A stretch of DNA of 64,000 bases, taken from NCBI GenBank assembly GCA_031422495.1, contig JANPLX010000100.1, forward strand, positions 197 to 64,196. Reading direction: 5' to 3'. Source of the stretch: Polaromonas sp. (lineage in GTDB: Bacteria > Pseudomonadota > Gammaproteobacteria > Burkholderiales > Burkholderiaceae_C). Position numbers and translations under genes: made by a program. Of the stretch, positions 1 to 8,686 are shown one piece after another. Positions within the stretch are counted from its first letter, which is position 1. Each line of letters starts with the position of its first letter. The notes beneath the pieces were generated by a model, which had not been told where the DNA came from, searched no databases, and saw only the letters and a list, made by a program, of their open reading frames with translations.

Positions 1-886
1 CGCCCGTAAAGCCAATGAATACCAGCGCCACTACGGTGTTGAAAACCAAGTGAAAAACAACCACTTGCGTCGCTGCGCCGGTGATGATGCCACTGCTGTA
101 TTTCAGCCAAACGCCAATAAATGGTGCAGCAAACAAAATACCTAAAGCTTTGAAAAACAAATTGCCCAAAGGCACTTGGCGTATCGTCACGGCAGAGTTG
201 ATGGTCGTCAGCACAGCTAATAACCCACTGCCTAAATTGGCACCCAGTACCAGACCGAGTGCGACGTCCATAGGGATAACTTGCGAAGCTGCAAGCGTAG
301 CGACTAACAAGACAGTCGCTAAACTTGAGTAAGCTAAACAGGCGATTACGGCACCTACAAGTATTTCAAGAAGTAAATCACTGCTAAGTGATTTCAAAGC
401 CAGTTGCACAACTTCTGATTGCGTTAACACGCGAGTTGATGCACTGATTAAACTCAGAGCTAATAGCATCAAGCCCAGCCCAATCAATATCCGACCCACA
501 CGTCCAACAGTGGTGTTTTGTCTAGCAATAAACAACAAAACACCTATGAAAATGAGTAGCGGTGATAACCAGCTCAAATCAAAGTGGAATACCACCGCCA
601 TCAAACTAGTGCCTACATCTGCACCCAGCATCACGGCAAGTGCTGCAGTTAGTGTCACCAAACCTTGTCCCACAAACGCAGACACAATGAGTGCAGTCGC
701 CGTGCTGGACTGCACCACAGCGGTTACGCCCAAACCAGCCAATGCTGCAGTAGCTCGGTTACCCGTTGCCTGAGACAAGATTTGCCTAAGATTTGCACCA
801 AACACGCGCAAGATGCCTGTTCGCACAAGTTGTGTTCCCCATACCAACAGCGCGATTGCAGCTAATAAATTTAATAATTGTTTCAT
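1..886 (-). CDS. Na+/phosphate cotransporter family protein (YjbB/NptA-like), N-terminal part; the gene runs off the left edge
   Basis: Absent from the ORF track because it is open at the window edge. The reverse complement from CAT 884-886 reads MKQLLNLLAAIALLVWGTQLVRTGILRVFGANLRQ.... This closely matches the conserved N-terminus of E. coli YjbB-type Na/Pi cotransporters. Plus-strand ORFs 81-332 and 510-773 are its antisense shadows. Confidence 0.8.
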   Translation of the reverse strand, partial: MKQLLNLLAAIALLVWGTQLVRTGILRVFGANLRQILSQATGNRATAALAGLGVTAVVQSSTATALIVSAFVGQGLVTLTAALAVMLGADVGTSLMAVVFHFDLSWLSPLLIFIGVLLFIARQNTTVGRVGRILIGLGLMLLALSLISASTRVLTQSEVVQLALKSLSSDLLLEILVGAVIACLAYSSLATVLLVATLAASQVIPMDVALGLVLGANLGSGLLAVLTTINSAVTIRQVPLGNLFFKALGILFAAPFIGVWLKYSSGIITGAATQVVVFHLVFNTVVALVFIGFTG

Positions 887-992
887 CTAACTCCAAACCT
901 AGTCATCATCATAACGGGTCGCTGAAGTGACGACATATTGAAAAATATTAAGTTTTTGTGATGGATCTAGACTTTATTGCGTTTATGCTGTT

Positions 993-2708
993 ATGAACAA
1001 AAAGCACTATGGAGACGATATGCTGACAAAAAATAAATTTTGGCCGAAACGCGTACCACGCAGTATCACGCCGCCGCAAACACCGTTGTGGGACAACTTG
1101 GCGATCAGCGCCAAGCGCTACCCAGACAAAGCTGCCTTGGTGTTTTTTGGTAGCGTGTTGACTTATGCTGAATTGATGCAAAAAGCAGAGCGACTAGCTG
1201 CTTATTTATCTCAGCTAGGTGTAAAAAAAGGCGACAGAGTTGTGCTGAACATGCAAAATTGCCCGCAGCTCATCATTGCACATTGGGCGATATTGCGGGC
1301 CAATGCTGTGGTCGTCCCTGTGAACCCGATGAACCGCGCTGAAGAATTAAAGCATTACGTTACTGACCCTGATGCCAAAGTCGCCATCACCACGGGAGAT
1401 TTGGCAGCTGAGTTGGTGCTGGCTAACGATGCATTAGAGCCGAGCTTGCGCTTGAATCACCTCATTGTGACTCAATTTACGGATGCATTCGACGCACAAG
1501 TCGAAGGCGAAGACGCACCGCCTACGGCTTGGCGCGATTGGTTATTGACCAAGCATGCATTGCCTCGATTACAGGGTGATGTGGCACATGCTTGGCTGGA
1601 CGCTATAGCTTGTCAAGACAACCCTCCAGAGCTGACCGTCAAACCTGCTGACCTTGCCATCTTACCCTACACCAGCGGCACGACGGGGCTGCCCAAAGGC
1701 TGCATGCATACACAAGCCAGCATCATGCACAACGCCGTTGCTAGCAATTTATGGGGCAACGGTTCGGCAGAAACCGTGGGCTTGGTCGTTGTGCCGATGT
1801 TTCATATCACGGGCATGGTCAGCGTGATGCACGGCAGCATTTACAGCGGCGCGACCATGGTGCTGATGCCGCGATGGGACAGAGATCTAGCTGGTCGTTT
1901 GATTTCGCGCTACCAAGTGACGCATTGGACAAACATCCCCACGATGGTGATTGATTTGATGGGCAGCCCAAATTTCGAGAAATTTGATTTGACCAGCTTG
2001 GTCACCATTGGTGGGGGGGGCGCTGCCATGCCGCAAGCAGTGGCGCAGCGCTTGTTTGACCAATTTGGTTTGCGCTATGTAGAAGGTTATGGTTTGACGG
2101 AAACAGCTGCACCTTCCCACAGCAACCCACCTGATGCGCCAAAACAGCAGTGCTTAGGCATCCCGTTCATGGGCGTTGATGCACGCGTGATTGACCCAGA
2201 AACCTTGGCTGAAATGCCACAGGGCGAAGCTGGAGAAATCATCATGAATGGACCACAAATATTCTCTGGCTACTGGAAACGACCAGATGCAACAAAGTTG
2301 GCTTTCATCGAGAGAGACGGCAAAAGTTTTTTCCGCTCGGGTGATTTGGGTCGTATCGACGAAGATGGCTACTTCTTTATCACCGATAGGCTCAAACGCA
2401 TGATCAACGCCAGCGGCTTCAAAGTTTGGCCGGCAGAGGTAGAAGCTTTAATGTTCCGCCACCCTGCCATTCAAGAGGCTTGCATCATCAGCACGCAAGA
2501 TACCTATCGCGGTGAATCCGTCAAGGCAGTCGTCGTTTTACGTGGTACACATAAGACAACGACCGAACAAGAAATCATCGACTGGTGCAGAGGCAACATG
2601 GCCGTGTATAAAATGCCGCGCACAGTTCAATTCGTCGATGCATTGCCTAAAAGCGGCAGTGGCAAAGTGATGTGGCGGCTGTTGCAGGATGCCGAAAAGG
2701 TTACTTAA
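993..2708 (+). CDS. AMP-dependent acyl-CoA synthetase / long-chain fatty-acid-CoA ligase
   Basis: 571-aa ORF with the adenylate-forming motifs YTSGTTGLPKG, GYGLTE and SGDLG..DEDGYFFITDRLKRMI. The true start may be the internal MLTKNKF at about 1020. Confidence 0.9.
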   Translation: MNKKHYGDDMLTKNKFWPKRVPRSITPPQTPLWDNLAISAKRYPDKAALVFFGSVLTYAELMQKAERLAAYLSQLGVKKGDRVVLNMQNCPQLIIAHWAILRANAVVVPVNPMNRAEELKHYVTDPDAKVAITTGDLAAELVLANDALEPSLRLNHLIVTQFTDAFDAQVEGEDAPPTAWRDWLLTKHALPRLQGDVAHAWLDAIACQDNPPELTVKPADLAILPYTSGTTGLPKGCMHTQASIMHNAVASNLWGNGSAETVGLVVVPMFHITGMVSVMHGSIYSGATMVLMPRWDRDLAGRLISRYQVTHWTNIPTMVIDLMGSPNFEKFDLTSLVTIGGGGAAMPQAVAQRLFDQFGLRYVEGYGLTETAAPSHSNPPDAPKQQCLGIPFMGVDARVIDPETLAEMPQGEAGEIIMNGPQIFSGYWKRPDATKLAFIERDGKSFFRSGDLGRIDEDGYFFITDRLKRMINASGFKVWPAEVEALMFRHPAIQEACIISTQDTYRGESVKAVVVLRGTHKTTTEQEIIDWCRGNMAVYKMPRTVQFVDALPKSGSGKVMWRLLQDAEKVT

Positions 2709-2725
2709 CTCTAAGGTTTTAGATT

Positions 2726-3991
2726 TCAAGTTTGAAATGCAAAATCCACCTCAGGCGCTAAGCCGCTGATGATGCGGGCAATCGATTTTCCGGAACCACA
2801 AGCGTGGGTCCATCCCAACGTGCCGTGGCCTGTGTTGAGGTAAAAATTGCTGAGTTTGGTTTTGCCGATCAAAGGTACATTGGAAGGCGTGGCTGGTCGT
2901 AAACCGGTCCAAAATTGGGCTTGCTCTGCATCGCCAGCGCCTGGAAAGAGCTGCTCTACACGTTTCACGATCGCTTCGCAGCGAACGCGGTTTAAATATC
3001 GGTCATAGCCATTGAGTTCCGCCGTTCCCGCGATGCGTATTGTGTCGCCCGCAGGCGTGGTATAGCGCGAAAACACCAATTTGTACTCATCGTCAGTCAA
3101 AGACACTTGATAGGCCTTGGCAGCATCGACGACTGGCATGGTGACTGAGTAGCCTTTGGCCGGGTAAATGGGTAGGTTGATGCCCAACGGTGCGGCATAA
3201 ATGGGGCTCATAGAGCCCATCGCCATCACATAGGCATCAGCGCGAACGCGTTGAAACCGACCTTCGCTGTCAGTCGCTTCGACATGGTCAATCGCGCCAC
3301 CTGCTTCACGTAGCGCGGTAACTGTGTGGCTCATCAAAAACTTGACGCCAGCGTTTTGGCACAACTTCACCAGTTCACGCGCAAATAAATTAGCATCGCC
3401 AGATTCGTCTTCCGCAGTATAGGTTGCACCGGCTAACTGGGGGCGAATGTGTTGCAGGGAAGGCTCAAGGCGAACTGCTTCGTCTGCAGAGATGACTTGC
3501 CGCTCACAACCCAAAGAACGCATGAGTTCAGCGGGTTTCAATGCACCGTCAAATTCTTTTTGCGTCGTATAAAAATGCAAAATACCCTGTGTCCGCTGGG
3601 CGTAGCTCAAGCCCGTGTCGCGTCGCAGCGCTTGCAACATGTCGCGGCTATACGTGCCTAATCGCACAATTTGTTCAATGTTATGACGGGTACGCGCAGG
3701 GGTGCATTCACGCAAAAACTGCAATCCCCACAGCCATTGGCGCATGTCTGCGCGAATTCTGAAGAGTAAAGGTGCGTCCTCTTTGCCCAACCACTGCAAC
3801 ACTTTGAGCGGTGCACTCGGATTCGCCCAAGGCTCAGCATGGCTCACTGATATTTGACCGCCATTGGCAAAGCTGGTTTCCGCAGCGGGTGAAGCTTGCC
3901 GGTCTATGACGGTGACCTCATGACCCAACTGAGAAAGATAATAGGCAGAGCTGACGCCAAGCAAACCGCTACCGAGTACTAAAACACGCAT
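2726..3991 (-). CDS. dadA: FAD-dependent D-amino-acid dehydrogenase family oxidoreductase (DadA-like), downstream of a glycine riboswitch
   Basis: 421 aa. The N-terminal MRVLVLGSGLLGVSSAYYLSQLGHEVTVIDR dinucleotide fold and C-terminal FWTGLRPATPSNVPLIG...NTGHGTLGW are collinear with E. coli DadA. Confidence 0.85.
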   Translation of the reverse strand: MRVLVLGSGLLGVSSAYYLSQLGHEVTVIDRQASPAAETSFANGGQISVSHAEPWANPSAPLKVLQWLGKEDAPLLFRIRADMRQWLWGLQFLRECTPARTRHNIEQIVRLGTYSRDMLQALRRDTGLSYAQRTQGILHFYTTQKEFDGALKPAELMRSLGCERQVISADEAVRLEPSLQHIRPQLAGATYTAEDESGDANLFARELVKLCQNAGVKFLMSHTVTALREAGGAIDHVEATDSEGRFQRVRADAYVMAMGSMSPIYAAPLGINLPIYPAKGYSVTMPVVDAAKAYQVSLTDDEYKLVFSRYTTPAGDTIRIAGTAELNGYDRYLNRVRCEAIVKRVEQLFPGAGDAEQAQFWTGLRPATPSNVPLIGKTKLSNFYLNTGHGTLGWTHACGSGKSIARIISGLAPEVDFAFQT

Positions 3992-4004
3992 TTTTGACCT
4001 TTTT

Positions 4005-4068
4005 ATGGATGCAGCCGGCGATTTTATTGTCTAAGTAGCTATAAAAATAATAGCAAAAAACTATAGGA
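4005..4068 (-). repeat. Composite repeat, copy A (GCCGGC core 4013-4029, AT palindrome GCTATAAAAATAATAGC 4038-4054), in the 5' UTR of the dadA-like gene
   Basis: agccggcgattttattgtctaagtagctataaaaataatagc aligns with copy G, tagccggcgtatttattgcctacagcgctattaaaaatatag. Confidence 0.8.
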
Positions 4069-4089
4069 AAAAACAAACGTACGCATGCT

Positions 4090-4338
4090 GCTGTGCCGCT
4101 CCCCCTGTCCTTGGTACCTGAGAGATTCACAGAGAGCCAGTTGGCATTCTGTTTGCTCCTTCGGTGCAAGTCATGCGTTAACACTGATCGGTGATGACGC
4201 TACTTGGCTCTCCAGACGGCTTTTAAAAAGGTGCAGTACATCACCCAAAATTGACGTAGGTCAATTTTATGGATACCTGAGCGTTCATGGGAGTTTGCGC
4301 CTTCGGTGGCATAGTTAGACTATGCTCTCTCCTGCAAA
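4090..4338 (-). promoter_or_regulatory. Tandem glycine riboswitch (two aptamers) on the minus strand, upstream of the dadA-like gene
   Basis: Aptamer 1 (fwd 4271-4338), read on the reverse complement: GCAGGAGAGAGCAUAG-UCUAA-CUAUGC-CACCGAAGGCGCAAAC...CGCUCAGGUAUCC. Aptamer 2 (fwd 4096-4220): GUCUGGAGAGCC...GCACCGAAGGAGCAAAC...AAUCUCUCAGGUACCAAGGACAG. These are the glycine-riboswitch hallmarks: GGAGAG, CACCGAAGG(G/A)GCAA and CUCUCAGG..AAGGACAG. A U-rich tract (fwd 4066-4078) follows. Confidence 0.8.
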
Positions 4339-4384
4339 ATCAATTGTAGTATAAATTTAGACGTTGAAATAATAAACAAAAGGA

Positions 4385-5410
4385 ATGAATATGTTTGAAA
4401 CCGTCATAGCTGGCAGCTTGCCAAAACCCGCTTGGTTGTCTGAAACACAAAAACTCTGGCCACAGTGGAAATCTGAAGGTGCAGAACTGGCTCAAGCCAA
4501 AATAGATGCCACGCTGCTGTGGATCAAAGCGCAAGAAGATGCGGGCCTGGACATCATTGGCGACGGTGAGCAATCACGCCAACACTTCGTACACGGCTTT
4601 TTAGAGCAAGTAGAAGGCATTGATTTTGAGCACAAAGTGACCATGGGCATACGTAACAACCGCTACGACGCCCAAGTGCCACAAGTAGTGTCCGCACTTA
4701 AGCTCAAGGGGCGCGTGCATGAAGTTGAAGCTGGAATTTTGCGTGCGCACACCAAGAAAAAAATCAAATTCACATTGCCTGGCCCAATGACGATTGTGGA
4801 TACGGTTGCCGACAAGTTTTATGGTGACCGTGTGGTCATGGCGATGGCGTTTGCCGATTTGTTGAACCAAGAAGCACGCGCACTGCAAGCGCAAGGCGTG
4901 GACATCATTCAGTTCGATGAGCCAGCGTTTAACGTTTACATGCAAGACGCCGCCGACTGGGGTGTCGCAGCCGTCGAGCGTGCCGCTGCTGGCTTGACAT
5001 GTACAACGGCAGTGCACATTTGCTATGGCTACGGCATCAAAGCCAATGACGATTGGAAAAAAACACTGGGTGATGAGTGGAACCAGTACGAATTGGTACT
5101 ACCCGTTTTGGCTAAAAGCAGCATCAAACAAGTCAGTTTAGAGAGCTACCAGTCGCACGTCCCAGCACATTTGATGGCTTTGCTAGCAGGCAAAGACGTG
5201 ATGGTGGGTGTGATTGATGTTGCCAGTGACACCATTGAAACGCCTGAGCAAATTGCCGACACCATTGGCCGCGCCCTGCAGTTTGTGCCAAAAAACAAGT
5301 TGTTCCCCTGCACCAATTGCGGCTTAGCGCCCATGAGCCGTGAAGTGGCTATCAAAAAGCTTGAGGCTTTGGCGCAAGGTGCTGCTTTGGCGCGAACACG
5401 TTTTGCTTGA
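4385..5410 (+). CDS. Cobalamin-independent methionine synthase family protein (short MetE-like, about 340 aa)
   Basis: The 341-aa ORF reads MFETVIAGSLPKPAWL...GDGEQSRQHFVHGF...IQFDEPAF...CTNCGLAP. The last segment holds the Zn-ligand Cys region typical of the MetE C-terminal catalytic domain family. Confidence 0.8.
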   Translation: MNMFETVIAGSLPKPAWLSETQKLWPQWKSEGAELAQAKIDATLLWIKAQEDAGLDIIGDGEQSRQHFVHGFLEQVEGIDFEHKVTMGIRNNRYDAQVPQVVSALKLKGRVHEVEAGILRAHTKKKIKFTLPGPMTIVDTVADKFYGDRVVMAMAFADLLNQEARALQAQGVDIIQFDEPAFNVYMQDAADWGVAAVERAAAGLTCTTAVHICYGYGIKANDDWKKTLGDEWNQYELVLPVLAKSSIKQVSLESYQSHVPAHLMALLAGKDVMVGVIDVASDTIETPEQIADTIGRALQFVPKNKLFPCTNCGLAPMSREVAIKKLEALAQGAALARTRFA

Positions 5411-5439
5411 GTTTGAGCTCGATAGATTAGGATTATTTT

Positions 5440-6597
5440 ATGCACGAAGATAGAAAAGCGCGTTTACTAGCCACTCTGCAACGTGAAATCGACAGTGGTC
5501 GCTTGCCCGGTGCAGTGGTCATGTTGTCACGTCATGGCAAAGTGGAGCTGTTTGAAAGTCTGGGTCAACAAAATCCAAATGACGGTTCAACAATGGCGTT
5601 AGATTCGATCTTTCGCATTTACTCGATGACCAAACCTATCGTCTCTGTCGCCATCATGATGCTGATGGAGCAGGGCAAGCTGTTGCTGAGCGACAATGTG
5701 GGCAAGTATTTGCCGGAATATGCGAAACAACAGCTTACTATTGAGGTTGGCGGCCAGGTGAACTACGTCGCTGTCAAGTCAGCTACGGTGCAAGATTTGC
5801 TACGACATACTGCAGGTTTAACGTATGAATTTTTGGGTAACTCAGCAGCTCAAAAAGCCTACCGCGCTGCCAAAATTAGTATGGCATTGCGTGACTATAG
5901 TAATGCTGAATTTTCTAAGCTCCTAGCCGCGCAACCCCTTCAGTACGAACCTGGCACAATGTGGGAATACAGCCGAGCCACGGATGTTTTGGGCGCATTG
6001 GTTGAAGTTGTTAGCGGGCAAACACTTGGAAGTTTCCTGAACGAGCAAGTTTTCAAGCCGTTAAAAATGCTAGAGACTGCATTTAGTGTGCCCGAAGACA
6101 AACACCACCGCATCGCTGAGCCTTTCACCAAAGACCCAGATGGTGGTATTCAGCTGAAACTGATCAATATCCAAGACCCACCGAAGTTTGAATCGGGCGG
6201 CGGCGGATTAGTGTCTACTGCGCATGACTACGCAAGGTTTTTGCAGTTCATGCTCAACAAAGGTGATCTGGATAGCGTGCGACTTTTGAGTAGTCATACG
6301 GTTGATTTCATGACTGCCGACCATTTGGGCGATTTGCCCATCAGTACCGCTAGCGCAGGCACGCTGTTGCCACCTGGGCATGGTTTTGGCTTAGGCTTTG
6401 CGGTGCGTAAAGAAACGGGCATCTGCACCGTGCTGGGTTCTGCAGGTGTGTACTACTGGGGCGGTATTGCTGGAACGACGTTTTTTGTCGATCCAAAACT
6501 TGATATGTTTGCGATGATGTTGATTCAAGCGCCGAATCAGCGCGATTATTATCGTCCGCTGTTCAGAAACTTGGTTTACGCGGCACTAGAGCCTTAA
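5440..6597 (+). CDS. Serine hydrolase, beta-lactamase/transpeptidase-like family
   Basis: 385 aa with the S-x-x-K motif in IYSMTKPI and class-C-like family architecture. Confidence 0.8.
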   Translation: MHEDRKARLLATLQREIDSGRLPGAVVMLSRHGKVELFESLGQQNPNDGSTMALDSIFRIYSMTKPIVSVAIMMLMEQGKLLLSDNVGKYLPEYAKQQLTIEVGGQVNYVAVKSATVQDLLRHTAGLTYEFLGNSAAQKAYRAAKISMALRDYSNAEFSKLLAAQPLQYEPGTMWEYSRATDVLGALVEVVSGQTLGSFLNEQVFKPLKMLETAFSVPEDKHHRIAEPFTKDPDGGIQLKLINIQDPPKFESGGGGLVSTAHDYARFLQFMLNKGDLDSVRLLSSHTVDFMTADHLGDLPISTASAGTLLPPGHGFGLGFAVRKETGICTVLGSAGVYYWGGIAGTTFFVDPKLDMFAMMLIQAPNQRDYYRPLFRNLVYAALEP

Positions 6598-6662
6598 AAA
6601 TTAGGTAGTTATGGTTCTAGCCGGTGTATTAATTGATTAAGTAGCTATCATAAATATAGCTT
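6597..6662 (-). repeat. Composite repeat, copy B, abutting two convergent stop codons
   Basis: ggttctagccggtgtattaattgattaagtagctatcataaatatagc. Both the core and the AT palindrome are present. Confidence 0.8.
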
Positions 6663-6670
6663 GATAAAAA

Positions 6671-7714
6671 CTACTCTTTCGCTACTTGCAGCACCAATTT
6701 ACCAAAGTTACTGCCATTAAAGAGGTTGATTAAAGTCTCTGGGAAGGTGTCCAACCCTACGACCACATCTTCTTTGCTCTTCATGCGACCATCTTTCAAA
6801 TAGCCTGCCATTTCAGCAATTGCCAAGTGGTAACGTGGCGCATAGTCAAACACCACAATGCCTTCCATACGGGCGCGGTTGACCAGCAGGCTGAGGTAGT
6901 TTTTTGGCCCTTGAATAGCCGTTGTGTTGTTGTACTGGCTTATCGCGCCGCATATGATGATGCGTGCTTTCATGTTGATGCGAGTTAGCACGGTGTCCAG
7001 AATTTCGCCTCCGACATTGTCAAAATAAATGTCGACGCCTTTGGGGCAGTGTTCTTTGAGACCGTCTTTGACTGCGCTTGGTCCTGATTTGTAGTCGATG
7101 CAAGCATCAAAACCAAGCTCATTCACCACCCAGTCGCATTTCGCTTTGCCGCCTGCAATGCCGACAACTCGGCAGCCCTTGATTTTGGCCATTTGACCGA
7201 CGGTTTGGCCTACCGCACCCGCTGCGCCTGATACAACAACAGTTTCACCCGCTTTGGGTTGCCCCGCGTCCATCAAGCCAAAATAACCGGTCATGCCAGG
7301 CATGCCCAGAACATTGAGCCATTGGTTAACAGTACCGACGTTTAAGTCGATTTTGACAATACCACTTCGTTTGATTTGATCTGCTGGTACTTGCAAATAT
7401 TCTTGTACGCCCAAGCCAGCGTTGACATAATCGCCCACTGCAAAGTCTTTATTTTTTGAAGCGATGACGCGACCCACACCACCAGCTCGCATGACTTCAC
7501 CAATGCCGACAGGTGGAATGTAACTTTTACCTTCGTTCATCCAACCGCGCATGGCGGGATCGAGTGACAGCGATAAAGTTTTGACTACCACGCCGCCGTC
7601 TTGTGGCTCTGCGATGGCTTCCTGTGTGAAGCTCCAGCCTTCACGGGTGGGCAAGCCTACGGGACGTACAGCTAGGCGAATTTGGTGGTTAACTAGGGTG
7701 CTAATCGTTGACAT
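6671..7714 (-). CDS. NADP-dependent oxidoreductase, medium-chain dehydrogenase family (YncB/CurA-like)
   Basis: 347 aa with the VVVSGAAGAVGQTVGQ Rossmann motif and an overall alkenal/one reductase-like pattern. Confidence 0.8.
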   Translation of the reverse strand: MSTISTLVNHQIRLAVRPVGLPTREGWSFTQEAIAEPQDGGVVVKTLSLSLDPAMRGWMNEGKSYIPPVGIGEVMRAGGVGRVIASKNKDFAVGDYVNAGLGVQEYLQVPADQIKRSGIVKIDLNVGTVNQWLNVLGMPGMTGYFGLMDAGQPKAGETVVVSGAAGAVGQTVGQMAKIKGCRVVGIAGGKAKCDWVVNELGFDACIDYKSGPSAVKDGLKEHCPKGVDIYFDNVGGEILDTVLTRINMKARIIICGAISQYNNTTAIQGPKNYLSLLVNRARMEGIVVFDYAPRYHLAIAEMAGYLKDGRMKSKEDVVVGLDTFPETLINLFNGSNFGKLVLQVAKE

Positions 7715-7741
7715 GGTGCAAATCTTTCAAAAGGAAAAAAA

Positions 7742-8686
7742 TTAGGTTATCTTACCTAACAACAAGTATTCCATCAATGCTTTTTGTGCATGAAGACGGT
7801 TCTCAGCTTCCTCCCAAACCACGGATTGTGGACCGTCAATGACTTCAGCTTCCACTTCTTCGCCACGGTGCGCGGGCAGGCAGTGCATGAACAGGGCGTC
7901 AGGTTTAGCGGCGCGCATCATGTCAGTATCTACACACCAATCAGCAAACGCTTTTTTACGCGCTTCGTTTTCAGCCTCAAAGCCCATGCTGGTCCATACG
8001 TCAGTGGTGACCAAATCTGCCCCTTCACACGCTTGCATCGGGTCTTTGAAAACTTTATAGCTGTCTGTCGAGCGCAGTCCTGCAATGTCTTGGTCTACTC
8101 CGTAACCACTTGGGGTGCTGATGTGAACTTTGAAGCCTAAAATCTCGCTAGCTTGTAGCCATGTGTTGGCCATGTTGTTGCCGTCGCCCACCCAGGCTAC
8201 AGTTTTACCTAAAATTGAGCCACGGTGTTCAATGAAAGTAAAAATATCAGCCAAGATTTGGCAGGGATGAAATTCGTTGGTCAAGCCGTTGATCACGGGA
8301 ACGCGTGAATGCGCTGCAAAGCTATCAATTTTGGTTTGCTCAAAAGTGCGAATCATCACCAAATCAACCATGCGGCTGATCACTTTGGCGCTGTCCTCAA
8401 TCGGCTCGGCACGACCCAGTTGGCTGCCATCGGTTGTCAAATGCACTACTGAGCCGCCCAGTTGGTACATGCCTGCTTCAAAGCTCACACGGGTGCGGGT
8501 CGAGGCTTTTTCAAATATCATAGCCAGAGTACGATCAGCTAGGGGCTGGTGCTTTTCGTAAGCTTTGAATTTTTTCTTGATCAGCGCTGCACGCTCAAAA
8601 ATGTACGCGTACTCAGCCGCCGTCAAGTCGCTGAATTGCAGGTAATGTTTGATAGCTTTGGTGCTGATTGGCGTATTTGTACTCAT
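7742..8686 (-). CDS. argF: Ornithine carbamoyltransferase
   Basis: 314 aa with the motifs STRTRVSFE, HPCQ and HCLPAHRGEE. Confidence 0.95.
   Translation of the reverse strand: MSTNTPISTKAIKHYLQFSDLTAAEYAYIFERAALIKKKFKAYEKHQPLADRTLAMIFEKASTRTRVSFEAGMYQLGGSVVHLTTDGSQLGRAEPIEDSAKVISRMVDLVMIRTFEQTKIDSFAAHSRVPVINGLTNEFHPCQILADIFTFIEHRGSILGKTVAWVGDGNNMANTWLQASEILGFKVHISTPSGYGVDQDIAGLRSTDSYKVFKDPMQACEGADLVTTDVWTSMGFEAENEARKKAFADWCVDTDMMRAAKPDALFMHCLPAHRGEEVEAEVIDGPQSVVWEEAENRLHAQKALMEYLLLGKIT

Noticed and set aside
81-865. Plus-strand ORFs 81-332, 510-773 and 665-865
   Set aside because: They are antisense shadows of the Na/Pi cotransporter gene on the minus strand. Their sequences are low-complexity Ala/Thr/Ser-rich with no family resemblance.
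4085-4384. Plus-strand cobalamin (B12) riboswitch in the long leader of the MetE-like gene
   Set aside because: metE genes are often B12-controlled, and a few fragments (CACTGATCGGTG, GGCTCTCCAGACGGC) vaguely resemble B12-box pieces. However, the GGGAA/GGTG/CCCGC core is missing on the plus strand. The same DNA read on the minus strand gives two textbook glycine aptamers, which explains the structure.
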